A DNA stretch of 64,000 nt, from contig CAWAHW010000007.1 in assembly GCA_963781885.1 (NCBI GenBank), forward strand, positions 352,001 to 416,000, written 5' to 3'. This DNA is from an uncultured Spirochaetota bacterium (GTDB taxonomy: Bacteria > Spirochaetota > Spirochaetia > SZUA-6 > Fen-1364). The notes beneath the pieces were generated by a model. That model made no database searches and was not told the origin of the DNA. It saw only the letters and a program-made list of their open reading frames with translations. Every line of letters starts with the position of its first letter. The first letter of the stretch is position 1. This document shows, one piece after another, positions 28,189 to 38,780 of the stretch. A program made the translations under genes and the position numbers.

Positions 28189-29520
28189 CTAGAGGATGTT
28201 CGACGCGAGCTCGGCGAGCTTCGAACGCTCGCCCTTTTCCAGGGTGACGTGCGCGTACAACGATTCACCCTTCATCCGGTCGATCAGGCACGTGAGGCCA
28301 TTGGACCGGGAATCGAGATAGGGCGTGTCGATCTGGTAGGGATCCCCGGTGAAGACGACCTTCGTGCCTTCGCCGGCGCGCGTGATGATCGTCTTCACCT
28401 CGTGCGGCGTGAGGTTCTGCGCCTCGTCGATGATGAAATAGATCTTGGACAGGTGCCTGCCGCGGATATAGGCGAGCGGCGTGATCACGAGCTTCCCGTT
28501 CTCCAGCATGTCGTGGATGCGCTTGCTCTCCGGCGAGCCTTCCTCGAACTGGTTCTGGATCAGCGTGAGATTGTCGAACAGGGGCTGCATGTAGGGATCG
28601 AGCTTGCTCTTGATGTCGCCGGGGAGGAAGCCGATGTCCCGGTTGGACAGCGGCACGATGGGCCGCGCCAGGTAGATCTGCTTGTAGCTGGAGCGCTTTT
28701 CCAGCGCGGCGGCCAGCGCCATGAGCGTCTTGCCCGTCCCCGCCTTGCCCGCCATCGTCACCAGTGGGATGTTCTCATTGAAAAGGGCGTCAAGCGAAAA
28801 GGTCTGCTCCGCGTTGCGCGGCTCGATGCCGTAGGCGCGCCGCTTCTGGATGTGCTTGAAGGCCTTGTCGTCGGCGACGTACGTGGCGAGCGTGCTCTTG
28901 CTCTGGTTCCTGATGATGTAGTACTCGTTGGGAAATGGATTGCGGTCCAGCGTGAACTTGTCCCGCGACACCATGCCTTCCTGGAACAGCTCGTCGATCA
29001 GCGCGCCGTCCACGTCCTCCAGGACGCACTTGCCCTTGTAGAGCTCGTCGATGTTGCCGATCTTGCCCGTCTCATAATCCTCCGCCTTGATGCCGATGCT
29101 TTTTGCCTTCATGCGGATGTTGATGTCCTTGGAGACCAGGTACACGCGGTCCTTGCCGTATTCCGACGCGAGGTGGAAGGCCAAGGCGATGATGCGGTGA
29201 TCGGGCTTGTCCTCCCAGAACACCTCGCCCAGCAGCCCGTCGCGCTTCACGTTCGTCTCCACCAGGAGGATGCCGCCCTTGGGAAGAGGGATGCCCTCGT
29301 TCAGGAGCTTGTCCCCGCCCATGGCGTCCAGCTTGCGGGAGAACTCGCGGGCGTTGAAGTTGATGATCTCGTTGCCCTTCTTGAAACGGTCGATCTCCTC
29401 CAGCACCGTGATCGGAATGACCACGTTGTGCTCCTCGAAAGAGTTCACGCAATCGTGGTCGTGGAGGATGACATTTGTATCCAGCACGAAGATCTTGTTC
29501 GAACCTGACAGGAGCGCCAT
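28189..29520 (-). CDS. phoH: PhoH2 (PIN-PhoH ATPase) protein
   Basis: FVLDTNV PIN domain, GKAGTGKT, GFLPGD, IRGR, DEAQN, GDPYQID. Confidence 0.93.
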   Translation of the reverse strand: MALLSGSNKIFVLDTNVILHDHDCVNSFEEHNVVIPITVLEEIDRFKKGNEIINFNAREFSRKLDAMGGDKLLNEGIPLPKGGILLVETNVKRDGLLGEVFWEDKPDHRIIALAFHLASEYGKDRVYLVSKDINIRMKAKSIGIKAEDYETGKIGNIDELYKGKCVLEDVDGALIDELFQEGMVSRDKFTLDRNPFPNEYYIIRNQSKSTLATYVADDKAFKHIQKRRAYGIEPRNAEQTFSLDALFNENIPLVTMAGKAGTGKTLMALAAALEKRSSYKQIYLARPIVPLSNRDIGFLPGDIKSKLDPYMQPLFDNLTLIQNQFEEGSPESKRIHDMLENGKLVITPLAYIRGRHLSKIYFIIDEAQNLTPHEVKTIITRAGEGTKVVFTGDPYQIDTPYLDSRSNGLTCLIDRMKGESLYAHVTLEKGERSKLAELASNIL

Positions 29521-29588
29521 GCGGCCGAGTGTAGGAGGAAGGGGCCCCGGATTCAAGCCTGCCGTGCGCTCCTGTCGTGCGCTCCCGA

Positions 29589-29891
29589 TCAGACCCCGAG
29601 CACCTGCAGGACCACGACAAGCGCAATGGCCGCGAGCACGGGAAATATCGCGTTGCGCGCCTTCAGGGCGAGCCCTGCCGCAAGGACGCCTGCCGCGAGC
29701 CCGATCCACGGCTTTCCGTCCACGACGCCGAGTATGCCCGGAAAGATGAGGCTTCCCAGCGCCGCGTAGGGAAAGTAGGAGAGCCATCGCCGGATCCAGC
29801 CGGGAAGGGCGAGGTCCTGGCCCAGCAGGAGCGGGATGATGCGCGGCACGAATGTCACGACGCACATGCCCGCGATCATGAGCCAGATCAC
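29589..29891 (-). CDS. AzlD family membrane protein
   Basis: VTFVPRIIP, WLSYFPYAALGSLIFP; GTGA overlap with the upstream AzlC gene. Confidence 0.85.
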   Translation of the reverse strand: MIWLMIAGMCVVTFVPRIIPLLLGQDLALPGWIRRWLSYFPYAALGSLIFPGILGVVDGKPWIGLAAGVLAAGLALKARNAIFPVLAAIALVVVLQVLGV

Positions 29892-30625
29892 GTCGTCTCC
29901 TCCCGCGCGCGCTCGGGCTCCCTGTCTTCGCCCAGCAGCGCGCCGATGAAGGAGGCGGCGAGGATGGCGATCACGATCCTCCATCCCGACGGAAGCCGCG
30001 GGATCAGAAGCGACGAGCCCCAGGCGATTGCCCCGCCCGCCAGCGCGACCACGCCATTGATCCATGACTTCTTGACGCCCGGCAGAAGGATCGCGATGAA
30101 CATGGCGTACAGCGCCACGCCCATTCCTTTTGCGATCACCGCCGGGATGAGCGAGGAGAAGCCGGCGCCGATGAGCGTCCCGCTCAGCCATGCAAGGTAG
30201 GCGGTGAGCGCGAGTCCGGCAAAATAGGCGGGCGTCAGGGCCGCGTCAAGCGACGCGACGACGAAGGTCTCGTCCGTGATGCCGAAGCCGAGGCCCACGA
30301 GGGAAAGCACGCGGCGCGCCCCGTGCGCCGTGAGCGCGGGAAGCCGGCGCGACAGGGAGATGCTCATGAGGAAGTGGCGGAAGTTCAGCACGAGCGTGGC
30401 GAGCACGATGGCAAGCGCGGAGGCGCCGCCGGCAAGGAGCCCGAGCGATGCGAACTGGCTCGCTCCGGCGTAGACGAAAAGCGACATCGCACCGGCCTGG
30501 AAGAAACCGAGCCCCGCCTGGCGTGCCAGCACGCCGAAGGCCATTGCCATCGGCACGTAGCCCACGGCGATGGGGATGCCCGCCCGGATGCCGCGCAGGA
30601 GCTGCTGTCTGCCCGCCGATTCCAT
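29888..30625 (-). CDS. AzlC family branched-chain amino acid permease
   Basis: GYVPMAMAFG, YAGASQF, NFRHFLMS, ITDETF. Confidence 0.92.
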   Translation of the reverse strand: MESAGRQQLLRGIRAGIPIAVGYVPMAMAFGVLARQAGLGFFQAGAMSLFVYAGASQFASLGLLAGGASALAIVLATLVLNFRHFLMSISLSRRLPALTAHGARRVLSLVGLGFGITDETFVVASLDAALTPAYFAGLALTAYLAWLSGTLIGAGFSSLIPAVIAKGMGVALYAMFIAILLPGVKKSWINGVVALAGGAIAWGSSLLIPRLPSGWRIVIAILAASFIGALLGEDREPERAREETT

Positions 30626-30730
30626 GAGGGGCCATCCTAACCCGGAGGGCGTGCCCGTTTCCAGAGCCGCTTCACTCTCGTTCGACGGCAGGGTATCTTC
30701 TACGAAACGTGGATCATCAAGGAGCGCGGG

Positions 30731-31498
30731 ATGGGGCTGATGACGGGCAAGAGGGGCATCATTCTGGGCGTCGCAAACGACAAGAGCATCGCGTGGGGCA
30801 TCGCGCAGAAGCTCCACGCGGAAGGCGCGTCCCTGGCATTCACCTACCTGAACGAGGTCTTCGAGAAGAGGGTGCGGCCCCTGGCGGAAAGCGTGGAGGC
30901 GGACCTCATCCTTCGCTGCGACGTGAGCAAGGACACGGAGGTGGAAGAGGTATTCATGGAGATCGAGCAGAAATGGGGCGGGCTGGATTTCCTGGTCCAT
31001 TCGATCGCCTACGCGGGACGGGATGAGCTTCGCAATCCATTTCACCAGACCAGCCGCGAAGGATTCCGCGTTGCGCTGGACGTGAGCGCGTATTCGCTGA
31101 TCGCCGTCTCCAAATGCGCCGTCCCCCTCATGAAGAACGGAGGATCCATCCTCACGCTCACCTACCTGGGTGCACAGCGGGCAATGCCAAACTACAACGT
31201 CATGGGCGTCGCCAAGGCCGCGCTGGAGGCGACGGTGCGCTACCTGGCCGCGGAGCTCGGGGAGAAGGCCGTGCGCGTGAACGCGATTTCCGCGGGTCCC
31301 ATCCGCACGCTCGCGGCATCGGGCATCTCCAACTTCAGCGAGATCTTCGGCATCATGGAAAACCGCTCACCGATGCATCGATCCGTGACCCAGGAGGAAG
31401 TGGGCAAGTCCGCGCTGTACCTGCTCTCCGACATGGCAAGCGGCGTGACCGGTGAAGTGCACTTCGTGGACACCGGCTACAACATCGTGGGCCTGTAG
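30731..31498 (+). CDS. fabI: Enoyl-ACP reductase
   Basis: GVANDKSIAWGIA, YNVMGVAKAALE, AGPIRTLAA. Confidence 0.97.
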   Translation: MGLMTGKRGIILGVANDKSIAWGIAQKLHAEGASLAFTYLNEVFEKRVRPLAESVEADLILRCDVSKDTEVEEVFMEIEQKWGGLDFLVHSIAYAGRDELRNPFHQTSREGFRVALDVSAYSLIAVSKCAVPLMKNGGSILTLTYLGAQRAMPNYNVMGVAKAALEATVRYLAAELGEKAVRVNAISAGPIRTLAASGISNFSEIFGIMENRSPMHRSVTQEEVGKSALYLLSDMASGVTGEVHFVDTGYNIVGL

Positions 31499-31519
31499 CC
31501 GCGCGCCCGACTGCCGCGC

Positions 31520-32284
31520 ATGGCAAGGATACTTTCCTGGAACGTCAATGGCGTCCGCGCCGCGCTTGCCAAGGGCGCATTTGCGCCGCTCGCGGAGCTG
31601 AACCCTGACGTCATTTGCATCCAGGAGGTGCGCGCACGCGCGGACCAGGTTGGGCAGCTCATCGCCGAGCTTCCCCACCAGTATTTCGCGCACGCCCTGA
31701 GGCCGGGGTACTCGGGAACGGCCATCCTTTCGCGCACGCCGGCGCTCTCGTGGCGGGAGGGGATGGGCGACAAGCTGTCCGACGAGGAAGGCCGGGTGGT
31801 GACCGCGGAGTTTCCTTCTCTCTTCGTCGTGAGCGTCTATGCCGTCAACAGCCAGCGTGGGCTTCCCCGGCTGCCGTTGCGGCTGGCCTGGGACGAGAGC
31901 TTTCGCCGCTACGCACGCGGGCTCGCGCGCACGAAACCCGTGCTCTTGACCGGCGACATGAACGTCGCGCATGACGAGATCGACCTGGCGCGGCCGAATG
32001 ACAACCATATGAATGCCGGATTCACCGACGAGGAGCGGGCCAGCTTCGGGCGTCTCCTCCAGGCGGGTTTCATCGACACCTTTCGCGCGCTGCACGACGA
32101 GGGGGAGCGCTACACGTGGTGGAGCCAGGTGACCCGCGCGCGCCTCCGCAACATCGGGTGGCGCATCGACTATGTCTGCATCTCGGAGGCGCTGCGCGGG
32201 AGGCTGCGGCAGGCCTCAATCTATGAAACGATCATGGGCTCTGACCACTGCCCGGTGGGAATCGACCTGGAAGGGGACCTGTAG
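31520..32284 (+). CDS. xth: Exodeoxyribonuclease III
   Basis: SWNVNGVRA, QE, GDMNVAH, GWRIDY, GSDHCP. Confidence 0.95.
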   Translation: MARILSWNVNGVRAALAKGAFAPLAELNPDVICIQEVRARADQVGQLIAELPHQYFAHALRPGYSGTAILSRTPALSWREGMGDKLSDEEGRVVTAEFPSLFVVSVYAVNSQRGLPRLPLRLAWDESFRRYARGLARTKPVLLTGDMNVAHDEIDLARPNDNHMNAGFTDEERASFGRLLQAGFIDTFRALHDEGERYTWWSQVTRARLRNIGWRIDYVCISEALRGRLRQASIYETIMGSDHCPVGIDLEGDL

Positions 32285-32296
32285 GCCGGGGCCCGC

Positions 32297-33808
32297 TCAG
32301 CTGCTCGGGATGATCATCTCGTTCTCCTTGAGAACGATGTCGTGGGCGCCGCCTTCCCGGATGCTTACCGCGCTTGCAAGGGTGATGCGTGCATTTGCCT
32401 GCAGCTCGGTGATGGAAAGCGCGCCGCAACTCACCATTGTGCTGCGGACCTTGTCGAGCGTGACGTCGAGGTTGTCTTTCACCTTGCCCGCGTAGGGCAC
32501 GTAGCCGTCAACGCCCTCTTCGAAACCCAGCCCTGGCGCGCCTCCCTCGTGGTAGCGTTGCCAGTTGCGCGCCCTGTTGGAGCCTTCTCCCCAGTACTCC
32601 TTCACGAAGTTGCCGCCGATGCGCAGGCGCCGCCCGGGCGCCTCGTCGAAGCGCGCAAAGAACCGGCCCATCATCACGAAGTCGGCGCCCATGGCCAGCG
32701 CAAGGACGATGTGGTAATCCTGCACGATTCCTCCGTCCGAGCATACCGGCACATAGATGCCCGTTTCCTTGCAATAGGCATCCCGCGCCTTGGCGACCTC
32801 CATGACCGCCGTGGCCTGGCCCCGCCCGATGCCCTTCTGCTCGCGGGTGATGCAGATGGAGCCGCCGCCGATGCCCACCTTCACGAAGTCGGCGCCCGCG
32901 TCGACGAGGTAACGGAAGCCTTCCGCGTCCACGACGTTTCCGCCGCCCACCTTGACCGCCTCCCCGTAGTTTTTCCGGATCCACTGGATGGTCTCCGCCT
33001 GCCATTCGGAATAGCCGTCGGATGAATCCACACACAGCACGTCGGCGCCCGCCGCCACGAGCGCGGGCACGCGCCTTTCATGGTCGCGCGTGGTGATGCC
33101 CGCTCCCACGACGAGTCTCTTGTTCCCGTCCACGAGCTCCGTCGGGTTTTCCTTGTGCTCGGCGTAATCCTTGCGGAAGACCATGTAGGCGAGGCTTCCC
33201 GTTTTCGTGATCACCGGCAGGCAGTTCAGCTTGTGCTTCCAGATCAGGTCGTTCGCCTCGGAAAGGGACATGCCTTCCCGTCCGTAGACGAGGTCCGCGA
33301 AAGGCGTCATGAGCTCCGAGACCCGGGCATCCGGCGGCGTGGTGGTGAGGCGATAATCCCGACTGGTGAGCATGCCGACCAGCCTGCCCGTGGGGGTGCC
33401 GTCTTCCGTCACCGACATGGTGGTGTGCGACGTGCGGTCGCGCAAGGCGAGCACATCGCGCAGGGTGGCATCGGGGCGTATGTTGGAATCGCTCACGACG
33501 AAGCCGGCCTTGAACTTCTTCACCCGCTCCACCATCTCCGCCTGTTTCTCCACCGGCTGGGAGACGAAGATGAAGGCGATGCCGCCGCAGCGGGCAAGGG
33601 CGATGCCCATCTCGTGGTCGGATACCGCCTGCATGATGGCCGACGCAAAGGGAATGTTCAGCCTGATGGGCGGCCGCTCACCGGTTCGGAACTTCACCAG
33701 GGGCGTCGTGAGCCCGACGGCCGCGGCGGTGCATTCCTTGCGGGTGAGGTTGGGGACGAGCAGGTACTCGCTGAAGGTACGGGAGGGATCGGGGTAGTAG
33801 AACGCCAT
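32297..33808 (-). CDS. guaB: IMP dehydrogenase
   Basis: [30 protein letters not shown] pair. Confidence 0.96.
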   Translation of the reverse strand: MAFYYPDPSRTFSEYLLVPNLTRKECTAAAVGLTTPLVKFRTGERPPIRLNIPFASAIMQAVSDHEMGIALARCGGIAFIFVSQPVEKQAEMVERVKKFKAGFVVSDSNIRPDATLRDVLALRDRTSHTTMSVTEDGTPTGRLVGMLTSRDYRLTTTPPDARVSELMTPFADLVYGREGMSLSEANDLIWKHKLNCLPVITKTGSLAYMVFRKDYAEHKENPTELVDGNKRLVVGAGITTRDHERRVPALVAAGADVLCVDSSDGYSEWQAETIQWIRKNYGEAVKVGGGNVVDAEGFRYLVDAGADFVKVGIGGGSICITREQKGIGRGQATAVMEVAKARDAYCKETGIYVPVCSDGGIVQDYHIVLALAMGADFVMMGRFFARFDEAPGRRLRIGGNFVKEYWGEGSNRARNWQRYHEGGAPGLGFEEGVDGYVPYAGKVKDNLDVTLDKVRSTMVSCGALSITELQANARITLASAVSIREGGAHDIVLKENEMIIPSS

Positions 33809-33875
33809 GGGAAAGATTAGCGGATGTGCGGCGCGTCATCAAGAGCAGCCCGCGCATCCGCCGGAGTGCCACCGT

Positions 33876-34430
33876 CTATTTCTTGAGGGGGGGCAGGTCG
33901 AAACTGAATTGCTGGGGATCGCCGGTGCCGAGAGTCACGGCGAGCATGACCTTGGCGGGCCGGGGCAGGGGATCCTTGCCGATCATCGTGACGTAGTACT
34001 GGTAGCGACCCTTCAGACCCGCGAAGTTGAGCGCCGGCACGTAATAGCGATCCAGGTAGTCCAGGCGCTTCACCATGTCAGGGTCCGCCTGCCTTCCGCG
34101 CCCGAGCCAATAGGCGCGCAGCTCATCCCGGGAGTACAGACGGGCAATGCTCTTGCCGTCCGGATCCTGGATGGTGCCATCGATTGTCACCCGTGTTGCA
34201 TCCGGCAGCGCAACGGTGACCGTCAGCGTTACAAACTCATCCCGGGACATGATAAGCGTGAAGGGTGCGTAAAAGGGATCGTTTGTGAAAGAAGCGCCGT
34301 AGCGCGCCAGATCGCGTTCCGGCACGATCTTCACGGTCACTTCCGGGCTTGTGATGGGCGTCGTGGCGCAACCGGAAACAAAGACCACAAGAAGGGCCAG
34401 GACAGATGCTGCAACAGGGGTATATTTCAT
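33876..34430 (-). CDS. Putative lipoprotein
   Basis: MKYTPVAASVLALLVVFVSGC lipobox; TATAAT 6 nt before ATG. Confidence 0.75.
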   Translation of the reverse strand: MKYTPVAASVLALLVVFVSGCATTPITSPEVTVKIVPERDLARYGASFTNDPFYAPFTLIMSRDEFVTLTVTVALPDATRVTIDGTIQDPDGKSIARLYSRDELRAYWLGRGRQADPDMVKRLDYLDRYYVPALNFAGLKGRYQYYVTMIGKDPLPRPAKVMLAVTLGTGDPQQFSFDLPPLKK

Positions 34431-34455
34431 GCTGCCATTATACAAGCGAAGGGGG

Positions 34456-34488
34456 AAAAAGAAAGGGGCTGTCTTTCGACAGCCCCTT
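34456..34488 (-). terminator. Intrinsic terminator of the porin-like gene
   Basis: 11-bp stem AAGGGGCTGTC/GACAGCCCCTT, GAAA loop, TCTTTTT tail on minus strand. Confidence 0.85.
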
Positions 34489-34516
34489 CGTGTTCGGAAT
34501 CTTATGTCAGGATGGA

Positions 34517-35458
34517 CTAGAACGCCATCTTGAAGTTGACTCCGCCGGTCCAGGTCGCCGCGCTCGCATAGGTGAAGTAGAAGTATATGGTCTGCTTCTC
34601 AACCGCGATGCTCAGGTTCGCGCCGGCGCTCCAAGTCGCGTCCGCATTGTACTGGAAAAAAGCGCCCGGGGTGAACATGCCAAGAGCATAAGCAACTTCC
34701 GGCTTCACGCCCCACGCAGCATCGCCCGTCTTGCTGCTCAGGTATGCCCACACTTCGGGGGTAATCCCAGCGATGGTGTAGGCAGCGTCAAGCTCGCCCC
34801 TGTACGTGCTGGCTGCCGTGGTGGCGCCGTTCGCGTTGGCGGTGACATAATACTCGAAATCGACGTTTGTCTTCAGGCCGTCGACCGCTTCGAGGGAGAA
34901 ACCTCCCCAGATGTAGTTCGTGCTGTATCCGACGCCGAGCTTCGCGACTTTCGCCATGTCATAGGAGGCCGTGAAGGACAGGCTGTCAAAAACGACGGGC
35001 GCTGCGGTGAGTCCCGCTGCGTACCAGAGGCCGATCTGGAGGCCGTCGATAGGAGCAATCGCGACCTGAAAGCCGCTGCCGCTGCTCGCGTCCCAGCCTT
35101 CGATGGGGGTCGTGTAGAGATCGCCGACGCCTTCACCACCGGAAACGGTGATCATGTCGATGGGCTTCCACCAGCCGTACAGGACGTCGAAAATCGCGGC
35201 CGTGCCGGTGACGGTTTCGATCTCGAACTTGAGTCCTGCTGCCTTGCCGGTGAGTGCGCCGTCAAGGTACATGTCCTCAGGGTCGGGCGTATTCTGATCC
35301 CAGAGCCTTGCGGTGACGCCCGCTGAGCTGCCATCGAACTCCAGACCAGAGTACAGTGTGCCACTGAACGCTAGTGCCGGCGCCGCCATGTCATCAGCAA
35401 AGCCGCTGGCCAGACCAAATGCGAGCAGGATAGCTGCGAGAAGTAGAATGCGTTTCAT
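34517..35458 (-). CDS. Putative outer-membrane porin / major outer membrane protein
   Basis: Signal peptide, amphipathic beta-strands, C-terminal ...VNFKMAF Phe signal, strong RBS, own promoter and terminator. Confidence 0.75.
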   Translation of the reverse strand: MKRILLLAAILLAFGLASGFADDMAAPALAFSGTLYSGLEFDGSSAGVTARLWDQNTPDPEDMYLDGALTGKAAGLKFEIETVTGTAAIFDVLYGWWKPIDMITVSGGEGVGDLYTTPIEGWDASSGSGFQVAIAPIDGLQIGLWYAAGLTAAPVVFDSLSFTASYDMAKVAKLGVGYSTNYIWGGFSLEAVDGLKTNVDFEYYVTANANGATTAASTYRGELDAAYTIAGITPEVWAYLSSKTGDAAWGVKPEVAYALGMFTPGAFFQYNADATWSAGANLSIAVEKQTIYFYFTYASAATWTGGVNFKMAF

Positions 35459-35538
35459 TCACTTCCTCCCTTTCCGTAATTCGGGGTACTGAGCCAACGG
35501 CTCCTTTCACCACCCCTTATCCTATAATGCTCGAACGC

Positions 35539-35568
35539 AGTTTAACAGAGCGTTATTTCAGCTGTCAA
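35539..35568 (-). promoter_or_regulatory. Strong sigma70 promoter of the porin-like gene with AT-rich upstream region
   Basis: TTGACA-18-TAAACT with extended TG. Confidence 0.65.
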
Positions 35569-35751
35569 GCATTATTTTTGGACAAAGAAAACGGTTGAGT
35601 GCCACAAAATAAGTGTATTTCAGGGAAAGAATTGAGTTGATACTGTATTTGTCGGCACTTCTGGAGCCCAACCTGAGCGTCGCGCCAAGTCTTTCTCTTT
35701 AAAAAAACAAATCTATAATATTTCGCTAATATGATGCCCAAAAGGCGCCGC

Positions 35752-36471
35752 TCAATCGAGCCTGAAACGTACCGGAACGATCACGCGACTCGAAACAGCC
35801 TCCCCATGGAGCTGGCCGGGGGCGAAAATGGCCCGCCGGACCGCTTCCAGAGCTGCCTGATCGAGGCTTCCGTGACCCGACGATGCGGTCACGACCGCGT
35901 CAACGACGACCCCCGCCTGGTCCACCAGCGCGTTGATGCGCACCACGCCTTCCCAGCCTGCCCGGCGCGCCGCGCGTGGATACAAAGGACGGACATCCGT
36001 GATGAGCCGGGGAGGTTCAAGCGCTGGCGCGGCGGCGATGGAGGCGGCCCCGCCCGATTCAGCGGCAACGCCCGCTTCACCGCCCGTTGGTACGCGGTCG
36101 CCGACGGCCGCCGCGGGGCCGGCCTGTGACGGTTCCGGCAGGGCAGCGCCTGGTTCCGCGGCTGCCGCAACGGCAGGCGCGACCGACGTCGCAGCCGCTG
36201 CCTCGACCGGCGCCACATCAGTGGCGGACGGCTCTCCGGTTGGCTCCGGCGTTGCCGGCGCCGTTGGTGCCGGTGCCGGCAGCGGCACGGAAAGTACGGC
36301 AGTCGGCTCCGTCTTTCCCGCAGGCTCTGCATCGACCGCGGCCGCCACGCTGATCTCCATCGCAGGGACTGCCGCCGCCTCTCGTCCCGCGTGGCGCGGG
36401 ACGAGAAGGACGACAGCGTGAAACGCCGCGGCGATGCAGAGGGAAAGAGCGAAGCCCCGCCGGGGTCTCAT
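35752..36471 (-). CDS. tonB: TonB energy transducer
   Basis: TM with SxxxxxxxH-like motif, Pro/Ala linker, YPRAARRAGWEG.V...SSG..LDQAAL..VRF. Confidence 0.9.
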   Translation of the reverse strand: MRPRRGFALSLCIAAAFHAVVLLVPRHAGREAAAVPAMEISVAAAVDAEPAGKTEPTAVLSVPLPAPAPTAPATPEPTGEPSATDVAPVEAAAATSVAPAVAAAAEPGAALPEPSQAGPAAAVGDRVPTGGEAGVAAESGGAASIAAAPALEPPRLITDVRPLYPRAARRAGWEGVVRINALVDQAGVVVDAVVTASSGHGSLDQAALEAVRRAIFAPGQLHGEAVSSRVIVPVRFRLD

Positions 36472-38432
36472 GACAGGTGCAAGCGCAGACCTGCCTCGAG
36501 GGAGAATGGCGGCATGGGATATCCGGGCTGCGTTTCATACAGGGTGTTGAAGATATTCTTTGCCGTGAGGCTGAACGCCAGGTTTCCTGACACGTCGAAA
36601 CGGTAGTCGGCGTCGACGACCGCGTAGCCGGGGAGCACGGCTGATGCCGCGTTGGCCGTGTCCGTGAACTGATCGCTCACCAGTCGGAGCGTGATACCGC
36701 CGGAATGCACCTTGCCCGTGTATCGGGCCTCCGCGGTCAACGTATGGACGGGCGCGTTCGGCACCCGCCTGTCATCGGCAAGGGTGTACGCCGTTGTGCC
36801 ATCGTTCAGGAGGAAGCTGTCGACGAATGTGTAGCTCGCCTCCAGGGAGAACGCACCTGCGAGCATGAGCTTCAGGTGGAGCTCGGCCCCGGGGAAAAGC
36901 GTCTGGGAGAGATTCTCCGCTTCATAGACGTACGGCGCGATCTCCAGGTTGGAGATGTTGTCGGAGACCAGCCGCGTGAATACCGATGCATCGACAGACA
37001 CGATGTCCAGCGCGAGCGACCATCCTATCTCGCCGTTGTACGAAGTCTCCGGCTTGAGGTTGGGGTTGGAGATGTACGACCCGAAGGGATCGTAATAGTA
37101 CATCTCGTCGAGTGTCGGGGCGCGGTAGGCGCTGCCGACCGATGCGCGCAGCGAAGACCGCGGGGAAAAGAGATAGACGCCGCTCAAGGACCAGGAAAGA
37201 TTGCCCGCATAGTCGCTGAAGAAATCATAGCGCGCCGACGGCGTGATGGTGAGGGCGTCCAGCGGGGTGAAGGGAAGGGAGAGGAAGCCGGAAGCGTTCA
37301 GCCGATCCCTGGTGCTGGTGAAGTCCGTGCTGTCAACGTAATCATAGGTGACGTTGCCGCCGTAGACCGCGGAGAGCAGGTCCGACACGGTGAGCTTCTG
37401 CGTCAGGTCGAGGCTCGCCTCCTGGGTGTGCGCCTCGCTCGCGGATACCCCGGGGATGTGATAGTCGAAGACAAGGTCGTCGTCGCGATAGCCGGCCTTC
37501 AGGTCCAGCGTCAGCGCGTCGGTGAAGAACCGGTCCGTCTTCCACGACAGCTCGCCCGTAGCCAGGGCGTCTTCCTGCCGCGCCGCGTCGCTTGCAAGCT
37601 GCAGGGAGCCGGGCTCGCCTGCATTGGAAAGCGCGAAGGTGCCCCGGGCCGACAGATTACCGCCGAACATCGGTGCGGTGATGCCGATGAAGCCGTTGCC
37701 GGCAAGGGAATCGGCGTTCGTCCGGCGGCGCCAGGCATTGATGCCCGTGGTGTCGTCCCAGGTATACTCATTTGCCGCCCGGTCAAAGGTGCCGCCGCCG
37801 GTGAGCTCGACATCGCCAAGCTTCCCCGCCAGACTGAGATCGATCTTTTGGCTGTCCACCAGGTCCAGCGGGTTTGCCCCCGCGGCGGTCCGTGTCCCGG
37901 TGGATGACACGTCAACGGCGTCGTGGGGGAGGAAGCTGCCGTTGACGAGGCTCACCGTCATCTCGTTTTTCTGCGGGCTCTTCGTGATGATGTTGATCAC
38001 ACCGCCAATAGCGCTGCTGCCGTAGAGCGCGCTGTCGGCGCCGCGCACGATCTCGATGCGCTCGATGCTGGAAACGGGTATGGTGGACAGGTCCACCGTG
38101 CCGACGATGCTCGAGTTCACCCGCATGCCGTCCACCAGCACGAGCACCTGTTCCGACGTCGAGCCGCGCAGGCTCACCGTCTGGATCTCACCCGTCGGGC
38201 CGTTCTCCTTGACGACGACACCGGCGGTCTCCCTGATGAGCCCGGCAACGTCCTTCGCGGGGGATGCGGCGATCTGGTCCGGACCGATGACCGTGATGGC
38301 ACTCGGCGATTCACGGACGCCCGTGTCAACGCGCGTCGCGGTGACGACGATTTCTCCCAGCTCGGGCGTCGGGTCCGCCCACACGGGCAGACAGACGCAC
38401 AACGCAATGAGGCAGAGAGCACTTCTGTGCAC
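36468..38432 (-). CDS. btuB: TonB-dependent cobalamin receptor (BtuB-like)
   Basis: EIVVTATR TonB box, LVDG, IERIEIVRG..SALYGSSAIGGVINIIT, NPNLKPE, KNIFN..Y; downstream of a cobalamin riboswitch. Confidence 0.88.
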   Translation of the reverse strand: MHRSALCLIALCVCLPVWADPTPELGEIVVTATRVDTGVRESPSAITVIGPDQIAASPAKDVAGLIRETAGVVVKENGPTGEIQTVSLRGSTSEQVLVLVDGMRVNSSIVGTVDLSTIPVSSIERIEIVRGADSALYGSSAIGGVINIITKSPQKNEMTVSLVNGSFLPHDAVDVSSTGTRTAAGANPLDLVDSQKIDLSLAGKLGDVELTGGGTFDRAANEYTWDDTTGINAWRRRTNADSLAGNGFIGITAPMFGGNLSARGTFALSNAGEPGSLQLASDAARQEDALATGELSWKTDRFFTDALTLDLKAGYRDDDLVFDYHIPGVSASEAHTQEASLDLTQKLTVSDLLSAVYGGNVTYDYVDSTDFTSTRDRLNASGFLSLPFTPLDALTITPSARYDFFSDYAGNLSWSLSGVYLFSPRSSLRASVGSAYRAPTLDEMYYYDPFGSYISNPNLKPETSYNGEIGWSLALDIVSVDASVFTRLVSDNISNLEIAPYVYEAENLSQTLFPGAELHLKLMLAGAFSLEASYTFVDSFLLNDGTTAYTLADDRRVPNAPVHTLTAEARYTGKVHSGGITLRLVSDQFTDTANAASAVLPGYAVVDADYRFDVSGNLAFSLTAKNIFNTLYETQPGYPMPPFSLEAGLRLHLS

Positions 38433-38544
38433 GAGTTTCTCCCGGCCGCCTCTTCAGCGCCTCGAGTGCCTTCCCGACGGGAAGGTGAAAAGGAGTCGAT
38501 GTGGGGAATTGATACACGCCATCCCTTTCCACGAGGAGGTCTGG

Positions 38545-38730
38545 TCTGGAGAATCGTCTCCTGGCTTCCGGATCCGCTTTCTGATCAGCGCCTTCTCACC
38601 CTTCAGGGGCAATGGCCGGGTCGGCACTCCAAAGGGGAGGCGACCCCCTGCTGCAGAAATCCCCGGTCACAGTGGCGGGACCGCTGCGGACTTGCACCGC
38701 ATTCCGTGTTTCTCAAGACGGGCAGCTCGG
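38545..38730 (-). ncRNA. Cobalamin (AdoCbl) riboswitch
   Basis: Minus strand GGAA-TGCGGTGCAAGTCCGCAGCGGTCCCGCCACTGTG...GCCATTG...GAGAAGGC...AAGCCAGGAGAC (B12 box); TTGACA-17-TACGGT promoter at 38735-38763. Confidence 0.93.
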
Positions 38731-38780
38731 ACGGACCGTAGCACGCGCCGCCCGTGCTGTCAACGGGAAGGGTTACATCG

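Noticed and set aside
28189-29520. PIN-PhoH as a toxin or phage marker
   Set aside because: Ordinary chromosomal PhoH2 with no antitoxin or phage genes nearby
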